64,000 nt of DNA from Dehalococcoidia bacterium (GCA_030612025.1 JAUWOR010000006.1:1-64000), one strand, 5' to 3'; shown: positions 1-8,762, counted from the first letter of the stretch. The notes: generated by a model not told the origin, from the sequence alone. Program-made: numbers and translations.

Positions 1-615
1 GGCTCATTACTAGCTAAAAAACTTGATTATGTTTTCTTTGATACTGGCCTTATGTATCGCGCCTTTACCTGGAAAGCACTTAAATTTGGCATTCCGCCTA
101 CCAATGAAAAAGAGCTTTCTCAACTAGCTGGTATAACTAAATTTGATTTCGTTTCACATCAAGAAGGATATCTCTTCCCTCTTATTGATGGTGAAGATGT
201 TTCTGCTGAGCTACTTTGCTCCGAGATAGAGGAGCAAGTTTCCTTGATATCGAAGGTAGCCGGGGTGCGCCAGATGATGGTATCAGAGCAGCAGATGGCA
301 GCCCGGCGAGGGAAAGTGATAATGGCAGGCAGAGACATTGGCACGGTGGTTTTACCCTGGGCGGAACTAAAGATTTTCTTGGTTGCTTCTGTCAAAGAGA
401 GAGCTAATCGCAGGTATAAGGAATTGCTGGAGCGAGGAGAGAAGGTAGATTACGATGCTACCCTTGCTGACCTCAAGAGACGAGATGACATTGATACCCA
501 CCGCACTATTTCACCACTTAAACCTGCTGCCAATGCTATAATCATTGATACAGAAAAACTTAGCCTAAAGCAAGTTGTGGATAAAATATATAATTTGGCG
601 GCCAAGCTTAGCTAG
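1..615 (+). CDS. cmk: cytidylate kinase (5'-truncated by window edge)
   Basis: Frame open from base 1 (GSLLAKKLDYVFFDTGLMYRA); motifs DTGxMYR, GRDIGTVV, RRDxxD. Confidence 0.95.
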   Translation, partial: GSLLAKKLDYVFFDTGLMYRAFTWKALKFGIPPTNEKELSQLAGITKFDFVSHQEGYLFPLIDGEDVSAELLCSEIEEQVSLISKVAGVRQMMVSEQQMAARRGKVIMAGRDIGTVVLPWAELKIFLVASVKERANRRYKELLERGEKVDYDATLADLKRRDDIDTHRTISPLKPAANAIIIDTEKLSLKQVVDKIYNLAAKLS

Positions 616-618
616 TTA

Positions 619-647
619 GAGATTGCCTCGCCTTCGGCTCAGAATGA
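619..647 (-). repeat. GTCA-type short palindromic repeat unit (degenerate)
   Basis: gagattgcctcgccttcggctcagaatga; reverse complement resembles the tcattctgag...gaagcaatctc units at 1991, 7013 and 24085. Confidence 0.6.
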
Positions 648-786
648 GGGTGTTTAAAATGTAGTGCGACCCTTTAGGGTCGTGCACGAGGCTAAAGCCT
701 CGCACTACGAAAACTTTTGCGAGACCAGGTATTAAAGCTGAATGAGACAATTCTAGTTTCGTATCGGAGGCAAAATTAAGCAGCCT
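647..786. mobile_element. MITE-like element, copy A, with internal GTAG..CTAC double hairpin
   Basis: Ends agggtgtttaa / ttaagcagcct form an imperfect terminal IR; same architecture at 37513-37643. Confidence 0.6.
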
Positions 787-814
787 AAATAGCAACAAAG
801 GGGCGGTTACCCAA

Positions 815-1456
815 ATGACTCTATCTCAAAGGATTGTCTTAGCCATACTCAAACTTCTCTCCAAGATTTTCCTTTCCTGGAAAGTTAAGGGGAGGGAGAA
901 TGTGCCCTTAAATGGCCCGCTCACCGTGGTATCCAATCATGTTCACCTTGTTGATGGCATATTGCTGCAGATTAGCTTTCCCAGGTGGATTAATTTTATG
1001 GCTAAACAGGAGCTTTTTCGCTATCCTTTCTTAAGAATCATCTTCCGGTGGGCACAAGCCTTTTCCGTGCCTCGTCGAGGGACAATTAAGGATAAGCGAG
1101 AGGCAGTTAAGCAAGCCAAAGAAATACTAAACAAGGGGTTAGTTCTGGGTATGTTCCCCGAGGGTAAGAGAAACCGCGATGGCAAGCTTTTACCTGGTAA
1201 ATCAGGTTCGGCTGTAATTGCTTCACAAACGGGTGTTGCTTTGCTTCCTATTGGCATTATTGGCACAGAGAAGCTTAAAGGGATAAGCTGGCTATGGAAG
1301 CGTCCTGGCATAGTCATCAATATTGGCCAGCCTTTTGAGCTTCCTTCAAGTGATGGCCGGTTAACCAAATCGCAAACTAAAATGTCCACTGACTTAATGA
1401 TGAACAAAATCGCTGCCCTTCTGCCCCCGGAAAACCGAGGATGGTATGGAAATTGA
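815..1456 (+). CDS. plsC: 1-acyl-sn-glycerol-3-phosphate acyltransferase
   Basis: NHxxxxD, FMAKQELF and FPEGKR motifs; follows cmk. Confidence 0.92.
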   Translation: MTLSQRIVLAILKLLSKIFLSWKVKGRENVPLNGPLTVVSNHVHLVDGILLQISFPRWINFMAKQELFRYPFLRIIFRWAQAFSVPRRGTIKDKREAVKQAKEILNKGLVLGMFPEGKRNRDGKLLPGKSGSAVIASQTGVALLPIGIIGTEKLKGISWLWKRPGIVINIGQPFELPSSDGRLTKSQTKMSTDLMMNKIAALLPPENRGWYGN

Positions 1457-2315
1457 GAAGGCTCGAGAACTTGGCTTATGCTTTGGCGTGAGACGAGCCA
1501 TCAAACTGTTAAAGGAAGCGGCAAGCAAATACGGCAATATAGAGACCCTGGGACCAGTAGCGCATAATCAGCAGTTGCTGCAAGCATTAACCAAAGTAGG
1601 GATAAAACCGATAGACAACCTAGAACAGGTTCAAGGCAAAATCCTGGCGGTAACCACCCACGGGGTAAGCCCACAAGTACTATCTCAAATCGAAGCCCGC
1701 CATATCAAATTAGTTGATACTACTTGCCCTATAGTTCTCCAGGCTCAAAATGCCACCAAGGAGTTAGCCGATAGTGGCTTTGATATTATCATCTTCGGGG
1801 AGGCAGAGCACCCCGAGGTTAAAGGATTGCTGGGTTGGGCGGGAAATAAAGGTATCGCTGCTCTTGAGGTAAAACAATTATTAGCTGCTAACAAAACGAC
1901 GCCATATCGCCTAGGCATCATCTCTCAAACCACTCAAAGCCACTCTGCCTTCATCGAGTTCATAATACAGCTTATAGCTGCCCTTCCTTCTGTCATTGCG
2001 AGCGAAGCGAAGCAATCTCTTAAGGAAATACGCATCATTAATACCTTATGTCAAGTAATTCAAAAACGCCAGGAAGAGGCTATAAGATTGGCTAAAAGAA
2101 GCCAGCTTATGATAGTGATCGGGGGACATGACAGTGCCAATACTAAACGTCTGGCTGAAGCATGCTCACCCCTAGTGGAAACTCATCTGGTGGAAGGAGC
2201 AAGTGAGGTGAACCGCTCCTGGCTTGCAGGTAAAGACCATATTGGCATCGTTGCTGGGACATCCACTCCAGATGAGGCTATAGAGGAGGTGGTAGCTAGG
2301 CTAAAGTCTCTATGA
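1446..2315 (+). CDS. ispH: 4-hydroxy-3-methylbut-2-enyl diphosphate reductase
   Basis: GLCFGVRRA, DTTCP, HPEV, SQTT, NTLC, SANT, AGTSTP motifs. Confidence 0.95.
   Translation: MEIEKARELGLCFGVRRAIKLLKEAASKYGNIETLGPVAHNQQLLQALTKVGIKPIDNLEQVQGKILAVTTHGVSPQVLSQIEARHIKLVDTTCPIVLQAQNATKELADSGFDIIIFGEAEHPEVKGLLGWAGNKGIAALEVKQLLAANKTTPYRLGIISQTTQSHSAFIEFIIQLIAALPSVIASEAKQSLKEIRIINTLCQVIQKRQEEAIRLAKRSQLMIVIGGHDSANTKRLAEACSPLVETHLVEGASEVNRSWLAGKDHIGIVAGTSTPDEAIEEVVARLKSL
1991..2019 (+). repeat. GTCA-type palindromic repeat inserted in frame in ispH
   Basis: tgtcattgcgagcgaagcgaagcaatctc, translated VIASEAKQS. Confidence 0.85.
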
Positions 2316-2350
2316 CTTTTATATGAACCGATACAATTAAATGCACCTAC

Positions 2351-2437
2351 CAAATCCGAAATTCGAATGCCTAAACCCTAAACAATATCAAAATTCAAAG
2401 ATAGAAAATCAAAATTACAATTCAAAATGCAAAAATC
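2351..2437. repeat. left arm of heptamer-periodic inverted repeat flanking the four-helix-bundle gene
   Basis: aaatccgaaattcgaatgcctaaaccctaaacaa followed by aaaatcaaaattacaattcaaaatgcaaaaat; complementary to 2782-2880. Confidence 0.75.
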
Positions 2438-2807
2438 ATTTCCTTCCTTTCAGGGTCAGTATACTGGTAGCAAGGATATTGGCGATCTCCGTGGCTTCTT
2501 TTAGAAGTTTATTAACGGTCTCCTTATCACCTCTGTTGGAATCTCTGAGCAGTCCTAACCAAAACTTACACTCGTTTGCCGACTTCAAGGCATAAGTGAA
2601 GAAATTGGTATAATCCTTCCTTGAGGAAGCTGCCTGAGCCTCAATCACATTAGCGCCAATACTAGTAGTGCTTCGTAAAAGCTGGTCACTGACGATTCTC
2701 GAAGTTTGTTCCGCTGGCAGTCGAGCCACAAATCCGATTACATCCAATGCGAATCTGTAGACACGACCCTTGAATTCATCTTTAAATTTTGCCTTGTCAT
2801 TTTGCAT
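2436..2807 (-). CDS. four helix bundle protein (23S rRNA IVS protein / Avd-like family)
   Basis: DQLLRSTTSIGANVIEAQAASSRKDY...ALKSANECKFWL signature. Confidence 0.88.
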   Translation of the reverse strand: MQNDKAKFKDEFKGRVYRFALDVIGFVARLPAEQTSRIVSDQLLRSTTSIGANVIEAQAASSRKDYTNFFTYALKSANECKFWLGLLRDSNRGDKETVNKLLKEATEIANILATSILTLKGRK

Positions 2808-2880
2808 TTTTACTTTTGCTCTTTTATCGCTTCACGTATTAGGATTTGTTTAGGATTTCGAGTTTGGAGTTTAGTATTTT
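2782..2880. repeat. right arm of heptamer-periodic inverted repeat flanking the four-helix-bundle gene
   Basis: gtcattttgcatttttacttttgctctttt followed by atttgtttaggatttcgagtttggagtttagtattt. Confidence 0.75.
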
Positions 2881-2888
2881 CGTTACAT

Positions 2889-3236
2889 CTAGCCTAGCCG
2901 ATTGCTCAGCTTCCTGCCACCAATGAGGTGGAAGTGAAGATGAGGCACCACCTGTCCCCCTTCAGGACCACAGTTTACCGCCAAACGATAGCCGCTCTCC
3001 GCTATCCCTTCTTTCTCAGCTAGGTTCCTGGCTAATATTATCAGGCGTCCTATAAGCCCCTGTTGTTGCTCAGTAAGCTCTGTTAAAGATGCGATGTGAG
3101 TTTTGGGTATGATGATCACGTGCTTAGGCGCCTGAGGGTTGATGTCTCTGAAAGCCAGGAATTCCTTATCTTGGTAAACAATATCACCGGGTATCTCACC
3201 GGCAACAATGCGGCAAAAAAGACATCCCTCAGCCAT
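2889..3236 (-). CDS. histidine triad (HIT) nucleotide-binding protein
   Basis: CLFCRI start, GQVVPHLHFHL triad. Confidence 0.93.
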   Translation of the reverse strand: MAEGCLFCRIVAGEIPGDIVYQDKEFLAFRDINPQAPKHVIIIPKTHIASLTELTEQQQGLIGRLIILARNLAEKEGIAESGYRLAVNCGPEGGQVVPHLHFHLIGGRKLSNRLG

Positions 3237-3258
3237 GCTTATTTTCTATTAACTTTGT

Positions 3259-3498
3259 CTAGGACAGGCCAATTGAAAGGCAAGTTATCGTTTTGCTAAC
3301 GCCTGGGATGGGATGAATCTTCTCGGTAACCAGATTTCCGATGCCCTCAAGGTCCTGAGCCTCGACTGCGGCAATGATGTCGTAAGGTCCAGTTACAGCA
3401 TCAGCCAATTTTACCCCCTCCACCTTGCCCAGAGCAGTAACGACGTTCTTGGTTTTCCCGACTCCGATCTCGATAAGTACAAAAGCTTTGACTGCCAT
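3259..3498 (-). CDS. Lrp/AsnC ligand-binding (RAM) domain protein
   Basis: AFVLI...VTGPYDIIAAVE pattern; ATG at 3498 preceded by AGGAGG. Confidence 0.85.
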   Translation of the reverse strand: MAVKAFVLIEIGVGKTKNVVTALGKVEGVKLADAVTGPYDIIAAVEAQDLEGIGNLVTEKIHPIPGVSKTITCLSIGLS

Positions 3499-3637
3499 GC
3501 TCCACCTCCTTATCAAATTTTAACCCGCTATGTCTTTTAGTGCAACCGAAAGACTCTTCCATGATTTCGCTTGCTTCAAATTATTATATACTTTGACTAT
3601 AATTGTAGAAAGCTTGCGGGTTAGAGAGCGTTTATTT

Positions 3638-3749
3638 TGTCACCCTGAGCAATAGCGAAGGGTCTAGATTTTTCGCGGAGCCTGTCCTGAGCGGTGTGAG
3701 ATTCTTTGCTATGCTCAGAATGACGAGGGGCGAAAGGCTCAGAATGACA
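3638..3749. repeat. composite nested GTCA-type palindromic element
   Basis: Forward unit tgtcaccctgagcaatagcgaagggtct plus inverted nested units ending ctcagaatgaca; same layout as 24085-24204. Confidence 0.8.
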
Positions 3750-3783
3750 AGAGGAGGTTGCTAAATAGCCTCTGGGCTAAATT

Positions 3784-5079
3784 ATGTCAAAGTATTTTAT
3801 CTGGACCATCGGCTGCCAGATGAATAAGGCAGAATCGCTGCGGATAGCTAGCTATCTAGATTTCCTCGGCTATCAAGTTGCACCCTCCCTCCGGGAAGCT
3901 GACTTAATAGTGCTCAATACCTGTGTCGTGAGGCAGAGTGCCGAGGATAAAGTTTTGGGCACCCTGGGTTTGTTGAAAGGGCTAAAAAAGGAGCACCCAA
4001 ATCTCTCTATACTGGTTACTGGCTGTTTTGTTGATTCCAACATCGCAGGATTGAAGAGAAGATTTCCCCAGGTTGATTTTTTCTTCAAGCCAGGAGCTTA
4101 CTCCGAGCTAACTAACTGGACTCAACTACAGGGCATTTCTACCGCTGAGCAAGGATTGCTTCGTTACGTTCGCAATGACACATGGAAGTCCCCTTCTCCT
4201 TGCGCCTTTGTCCCTATTATCCAGGGTTGCAATAAATTTTGTTCTTACTGTATCGTCCCATACAGGAGAGGTAGAGAGGTAAGTCGTCCTTTAGAAGAAG
4301 TAATTTGTGAAGTCAAAGGGCTGGTGAAGCAAGGAGTAAGGGAGGTAATTTTGCTGGGGCAGAATGTTGCTTCTTATGGCCACGATTTGCCTGGCAATCC
4401 CGATTTGGCTGATTTGTTAACCAAATTAAACAACATTGACGACTTAGCTAGAATTCGCTTTTTGACTAACCATCCTAGAGATATGAGCCAAAGTCTCATT
4501 GAAGCTATGGCTTTCCTGGACAAAGTTTGCCAACACCTGGACTTAGCTGCTCAGTCAGGCGATGATGATATACTGAAGGCTATGAGGCGAGGCTATACTG
4601 TGGAGCAATATCGTAAGCTTATCCACGCTATTCGATATCATATCCCTCAAATATCTTTGAGCACTGACATTATCGTTGGCTTTCCCGGGGAAACTGAGGA
4701 GCAATTTGAGCATACTTATTCTTTGCTAGAAGAAATGCGGTTTGATGTTGTTCACGTGGCCGCTTATTCTCCTCGCCCTGGCACCATCGCCGGGAGAAAA
4801 TATGAAGATAATGTTCCTCCAGAAGTTAAGAGGGAAAGATTTAATAGAATTGAACAACTCCAGGCAAATATAGCTGCTGAGCTAAACTCCGCTTACCGAG
4901 GCAAGACAGTGGAGGTATTGGTGGAAGGTGAGAAGAAGGGAAAGTGGTATGGACGCACCAGAAGTGATAAGCTAGTATTCTTTGAAAACAAGGATGATTG
5001 CACAGGGCAACTGGTGAAAATCAGGATTGAGAAAACAAGCCCTTGGGCACTACAGGGCAAGGTTGGATATAATAGCTAA
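3784..5079 (+). CDS. miaB: tRNA-i6A37 methylthiotransferase
   Basis: TIGCQMN, LNTCVVR, radical SAM CNKFCSYC, C-terminal TRAM domain. Confidence 0.93.
   Translation: MSKYFIWTIGCQMNKAESLRIASYLDFLGYQVAPSLREADLIVLNTCVVRQSAEDKVLGTLGLLKGLKKEHPNLSILVTGCFVDSNIAGLKRRFPQVDFFFKPGAYSELTNWTQLQGISTAEQGLLRYVRNDTWKSPSPCAFVPIIQGCNKFCSYCIVPYRRGREVSRPLEEVICEVKGLVKQGVREVILLGQNVASYGHDLPGNPDLADLLTKLNNIDDLARIRFLTNHPRDMSQSLIEAMAFLDKVCQHLDLAAQSGDDDILKAMRRGYTVEQYRKLIHAIRYHIPQISLSTDIIVGFPGETEEQFEHTYSLLEEMRFDVVHVAAYSPRPGTIAGRKYEDNVPPEVKRERFNRIEQLQANIAAELNSAYRGKTVEVLVEGEKKGKWYGRTRSDKLVFFENKDDCTGQLVKIRIEKTSPWALQGKVGYNS
4153..4180 (-). repeat. GTCA-type palindromic repeat inserted in frame in miaB
   Basis: Reverse complement tgtcattgcgaacgtaacgaagcaatcc; read as GLLRYVRNDT in the MiaB interdomain linker. 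Confidence 0.8.
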
Positions 5080-5097
5080 TTAAAAAGGAGGAATACA

Positions 5098-5367
5098 ATG
5101 GAACAACTTCAAAGCATGGCCCCAATTCTCTTTCTGGTATTGATCTTCGCCGCGATGTATTTCTTTATGATTAAACCACAGCGCAAGAGACAGAAAGAAC
5201 AGCAAGAACTAGTGCAGGAACTGAGAAGGGGAGATAAGGTGGTTACCACTGGCGGAATCTATGGACAAATTGAAAACCTCAGCCAGGATACTGTAGTTCT
5301 GCGGATAGAATCAGGGGCAACAATTAAGGTAGCTAGAATCAGCATAGCCGGCAAACAAGGTAAATAG
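5098..5367 (+). CDS. yajC: preprotein translocase subunit YajC
   Basis: N-terminal TM, YFFMIKPQRKRQK, GDKVVTTGGIYG. Confidence 0.95.
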   Translation: MEQLQSMAPILFLVLIFAAMYFFMIKPQRKRQKEQQELVQELRRGDKVVTTGGIYGQIENLSQDTVVLRIESGATIKVARISIAGKQGK

Positions 5368-5386
5368 ATAAGATAGAGAGAGATAA

Positions 5387-5453
5387 TTAGCTCACAGCAG
5401 ACAGCAGTCAGCAATTAGCTGATAACTGAAGGCTGAAAGCTGATAGCTGAAAG
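5387..5453. repeat. gene-less heptamer-periodic inverted repeat (cagc/gctg family)
   Basis: tcacagc-agacagc-agtcagc facing gctgata-actgaag-gctgaaa-gctgata-gctgaaa. Confidence 0.7.
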
Positions 5454-6362
5454 GTGAATCCCAAACAAGCTAAAGAAAGGATAGCTAAGCTAAAAAGGGA
5501 GCTTAACGCTATTATCGTAGCTCATAATTACCAGCGCCCCGAAGTGCAGGATATCGCCGATTTTACCGGTGATTCTCTTGAGCTAGCGCAGAGGTGCGTT
5601 GGCGCCGATGCGGAGATAATCGTCTTCTGCGGCGTTCGCTTTATGGCTGAGATGGCAGCTATACTTAATCCAGCTTCTACAGTGCTCTTATCTCATCCTG
5701 ATGCTGGCTGTCCTTTAGCAGACATGATCAATGTTGGGGAGCTAAAGCAATGGAAAGAGAGATATCCCGAAGCTACTGTGGTGGCTTATGTTAACACTAC
5801 GGCGGCAATTAAAGCGGAAAGCGACATTTGCTGCACCTCGGCTAACGGGGTTGAGGTGGTGACCTCCTGCCTAGCTAAGGAAATCCTTTTTATCCCTGAT
5901 CAAAACCTAGGACATTATATTTCCACCAAGACCAACAAAAGAATGATTCTCTATCCCGGCTTCTGTGATACTCATGCTAAGGTTACTGCTGAGCAAGTTA
6001 GGTTAGCCAAGCAGAGGTATCCCCAGGCCAAAGTTTTGGTTCATCCTGAATGCCGTCCAGAGGTTACAAATTTGGCTGATGCTGCTTTAAGCACCTCACA
6101 AATGCTTCGCTATGCTAAGTCTTGCAATGAGAAAACTTTCCTCATCGGCACGGAGGAGGGAACATTACATCCCTTGAGGAAGCAAAATCCGGAAAAGGAA
6201 TTTTATCTTATCAGCGATGGCTTTATCTGCCCTGATATGAAGAAAACAACCTTAGAAACAGTTATCAAAACTATGGAGTCAAGAAGTAATGTGGTCACCG
6301 TGCCCGAGGAAACAAGAATAAAAGCCAAGCAAGCTATTGATAGGATGCTGGCCATAACCTGA
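5454..6362 (+). CDS. nadA: quinolinate synthase
   Basis: AHNYQ, FCGVRFMAE, AGCPLAD, HPEC, CPDMK motifs. Confidence 0.96.
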   Translation: MNPKQAKERIAKLKRELNAIIVAHNYQRPEVQDIADFTGDSLELAQRCVGADAEIIVFCGVRFMAEMAAILNPASTVLLSHPDAGCPLADMINVGELKQWKERYPEATVVAYVNTTAAIKAESDICCTSANGVEVVTSCLAKEILFIPDQNLGHYISTKTNKRMILYPGFCDTHAKVTAEQVRLAKQRYPQAKVLVHPECRPEVTNLADAALSTSQMLRYAKSCNEKTFLIGTEEGTLHPLRKQNPEKEFYLISDGFICPDMKKTTLETVIKTMESRSNVVTVPEETRIKAKQAIDRMLAIT

Positions 6363-6372
6363 AAAGCAAAAA

Positions 6373-6411
6373 TCCCCTCTCCCGTGAAGGGAGAGGGGAA
6401 GGGTGAGGGTG
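6373..6411. repeat. CCCTCTCCC/GGGAGAGGG palindromic repeat
   Basis: tcccctctcccgtgaagggagaggggaagggtgagggtg; related copy at 48577-48612. Confidence 0.7.
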
Positions 6412-6417
6412 GAAAAA

Positions 6418-7341
6418 ATGTTTAAAAAAAATCGTAGCACCGAGGTTTTAGCCTCGATGGAAGAGATTATTGACCGTGCTTTAGCTGAAGACCTCGGCTG
6501 GGGTGACATTACCACTGAGGCTTTAATACCAAGTGATCAGCGAGGAATAGCCTCTATTATAGTGAAGAGCGAAGGCATTTTGGCTGGCATCGAAGTAGCT
6601 AAGAAGGTATTTCACAAAGTAGGTCCAGGGCTAAGAATGGACGTTTTGCTTGAAGATGGATCCAGGATTAAGGCGAGTGATGTAATCGCTAAGGTAGAAG
6701 GCAAAGTAGCTAATATTCTAAAAGCAGAGAGGGTGGCTTTAAATTTCCTCCAGAGGCTGAGCGGGATTGCCACGGAAACAAATCGCTATGTGGAAGCAGT
6801 CGAGGGATTGCCAGTGCAAATTATGGATACCAGAAAGACAACCCCAGGTTTGAGGTTGCTGGAAAAATATGCTGTCAGGGTTGGTGGCGGTGAAAATCAC
6901 CGTATGAATCTGGGCGATGGCATACTTATTAAAGATAATCATCTGGCAGCTCTTCGTAGCCGTGGATTAAGCCTCAAGGAAATTATAGCCAAGGCTCGGC
7001 AAAATGCGCCTTTGTCATTGCGAGGCATCCCAAGCCGAAGCAATCTCGAAGCAAGGCAAATTCAAATTGAAGTTGAGGTCAAGACTGTGCCAGAAGCCTT
7101 GGAAGCTGCTGAGGCTGGGGCAGATATCATTATGCTGGACAATATGAGTCTTGAGGATATGCGTCAGGCAGTTAAGATGATAGGTGGTCGTGCTTTGATT
7201 GAAGCCTCGGGAGGAATTACCCTGGATAGAGTTCGAGATGTAGCTGAAACTGGCGTTGATTTCATCTCAGTTGGCGCCCTTACCCACTCAGTCAAGGCTT
7301 TGGATATTAGTCTGGAGGTCGAATCACCTTCTTGGCAATAA
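6418..7341 (+). CDS. nadC: nicotinate-nucleotide pyrophosphorylase (carboxylating); start uncertain
   Basis: ALAEDLGWGDITT, DTRKTTPG, HRMNL..LIKDNH, EASGGI motifs. Confidence 0.95.
   Translation: MFKKNRSTEVLASMEEIIDRALAEDLGWGDITTEALIPSDQRGIASIIVKSEGILAGIEVAKKVFHKVGPGLRMDVLLEDGSRIKASDVIAKVEGKVANILKAERVALNFLQRLSGIATETNRYVEAVEGLPVQIMDTRKTTPGLRLLEKYAVRVGGGENHRMNLGDGILIKDNHLAALRSRGLSLKEIIAKARQNAPLSLRGIPSRSNLEARQIQIEVEVKTVPEALEAAEAGADIIMLDNMSLEDMRQAVKMIGGRALIEASGGITLDRVRDVAETGVDFISVGALTHSVKALDISLEVESPSWQ
7013..7047 (+). repeat. GTCA-type palindromic repeat inserted in frame in nadC
   Basis: tgtcattgcgaggcatcccaagccgaagcaatctc, translated LSLRGIPSRSNL. Confidence 0.8.
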
Positions 7342-7945
7342 CTAGATAGCGTTTTGGATTATCCTCCAAGCTGGTTACTGTCAAACCAATCTGCCCTATT
7401 AGCTCTCTTAGCTCGGTTTCATCTGGCAGAAGGTCAGCACCAACCATACCACCAATAGATTGATGCAGTTGATTGATAGCCTCTCGGCTGGCAGTATGAC
7501 AGATGACTAACTGGCCATTGCTTTTAAGCACTCTGGCTATTTCCTTTAGCGCTTTAGCTTTGTTGTTGAAATGAGGGAAAACGCTATTGCATATAGCTAA
7601 ATCAATGTAGTTATGCAGCAATGGGATAGCTGCAGCATCTGCTTGAACAAAATCCACAATGGACTGGAATCCCTTGGCTTTAGCCTCATGTAACATCTTT
7701 GCCGAGAGATCTAAGGCTATAATTCTTCCTTCGCCTCCTACTGCCTCAATTAGAAAAGGCAATAGAATGCCTGTGCCGCTGCCAATGTCAAGTACATGAC
7801 TCCCGAGTTTGATATCTAGCTCCTTGATAATATTGCTGAGGCACTCCAGCCTCTCCGGAGTAACCTCCCTATCCCAATTCGGAACTAACTGGTCAAAGTA
7901 ATCTTGAAGTTGCACAGCTAACCTGCTAATTGAGCCTGTTGCCAT
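7307..7945 (-). CDS. class I SAM-dependent methyltransferase
   Basis: VLDIGSGTG, ALDLSAKML, QADA motifs. Confidence 0.88.
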   Translation of the reverse strand: MATGSISRLAVQLQDYFDQLVPNWDREVTPERLECLSNIIKELDIKLGSHVLDIGSGTGILLPFLIEAVGGEGRIIALDLSAKMLHEAKAKGFQSIVDFVQADAAAIPLLHNYIDLAICNSVFPHFNNKAKALKEIARVLKSNGQLVICHTASREAINQLHQSIGGMVGADLLPDETELRELIGQIGLTVTSLEDNPKRYLVIAKKVIRPPD

Positions 7946-8757
7946 CCCTTTACCTTCCTCTTAGGGGAAAATGCTGTTGCCAGACCAAAGATGATAGACG
8001 AAGTGATTACAATGGAGGCGCCCGAGGGGAAATCCAGAAAATAGGAGGCTGCCAGTCCAGCCCAACAGGAGATAATGCCGAAAACCGAGGCGATAAGAAG
8101 CATGCGCTTTAAACTGTAAGTAAGTTGATAAGCAGCAGCGGCAGGATTAAGAATCAGACTATAGATGAGCAAGCCACCGATGCTTCGCAGTGAAGCAGTG
8201 ATGGTCACCCCGGTGGAAAATAGTATGCCATAGAAAATAAGCGTTGCCGGGATGCCCACGGCTAAGGCTACCTGACGATGGCAAATAACCGCCTGGATCT
8301 CTTTATAGAAGGCAACCGCCAATCCAGCTATTATAGCTGTCACTACGGCAAGGAAAATCAAATTTCCTCGGCTGACAGTCAGTATGCTCCCCCAGAATAA
8401 GTTTAAGGCTTCGGTTCTGGAGCCAGGCATCATGCCCATGAAAAGGAATGCCAGTCCCAGCATTAAAGAGAAAACAATGCCAATTGAAGTATCAGGGTTA
8501 AGTTCTCCGCGGTCAGCCATAGGTCCAATGATGCCCGCTGAAACTAGGCTAAAAAGCAAAGCTCCAACGAGAGGATTAAATCCCAGCCAGACACCGAGGA
8601 GGGCACCAGCGAAGGCAGCATGGGCAATACATACCCCGATAAAGGAGAGGTGCATGGTGACGACGAAGACACCCACTATCGAGCAGGTTATGCCACCGCA
8701 CAACCCGGCAAGGATGGCATTTTGCATAAATTGATACTGCAGAATAGAAAAATCCAC
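7918..8757 (-). CDS. metal ABC transporter permease (ZnuB/MntB family)
   Basis: Multi-TM; QFMQNAILAG, IAHAAFAG, PSGASIV. Confidence 0.9.
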   Translation of the reverse strand: MDFSILQYQFMQNAILAGLCGGITCSIVGVFVVTMHLSFIGVCIAHAAFAGALLGVWLGFNPLVGALLFSLVSAGIIGPMADRGELNPDTSIGIVFSLMLGLAFLFMGMMPGSRTEALNLFWGSILTVSRGNLIFLAVVTAIIAGLAVAFYKEIQAVICHRQVALAVGIPATLIFYGILFSTGVTITASLRSIGGLLIYSLILNPAAAAYQLTYSLKRMLLIASVFGIISCWAGLAASYFLDFPSGASIVITSSIIFGLATAFSPKRKVKGWQQAQLAG

Positions 8758-8762
8758 GTTAT

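Noticed and set aside
2341-2595. 84-aa plus-strand ORF with an N/K/Q-rich start
   Set aside because: It is the translation of the heptamer repeat arm and antisense of the four-helix-bundle gene.
2436-2807. Possible diversity-generating retroelement because of the Avd-like gene
   Set aside because: No reverse transcriptase and no TR/VR pair. The DUF763 and rtcA duplicates differ mainly at synonymous positions of all base types, not specifically at adenines.
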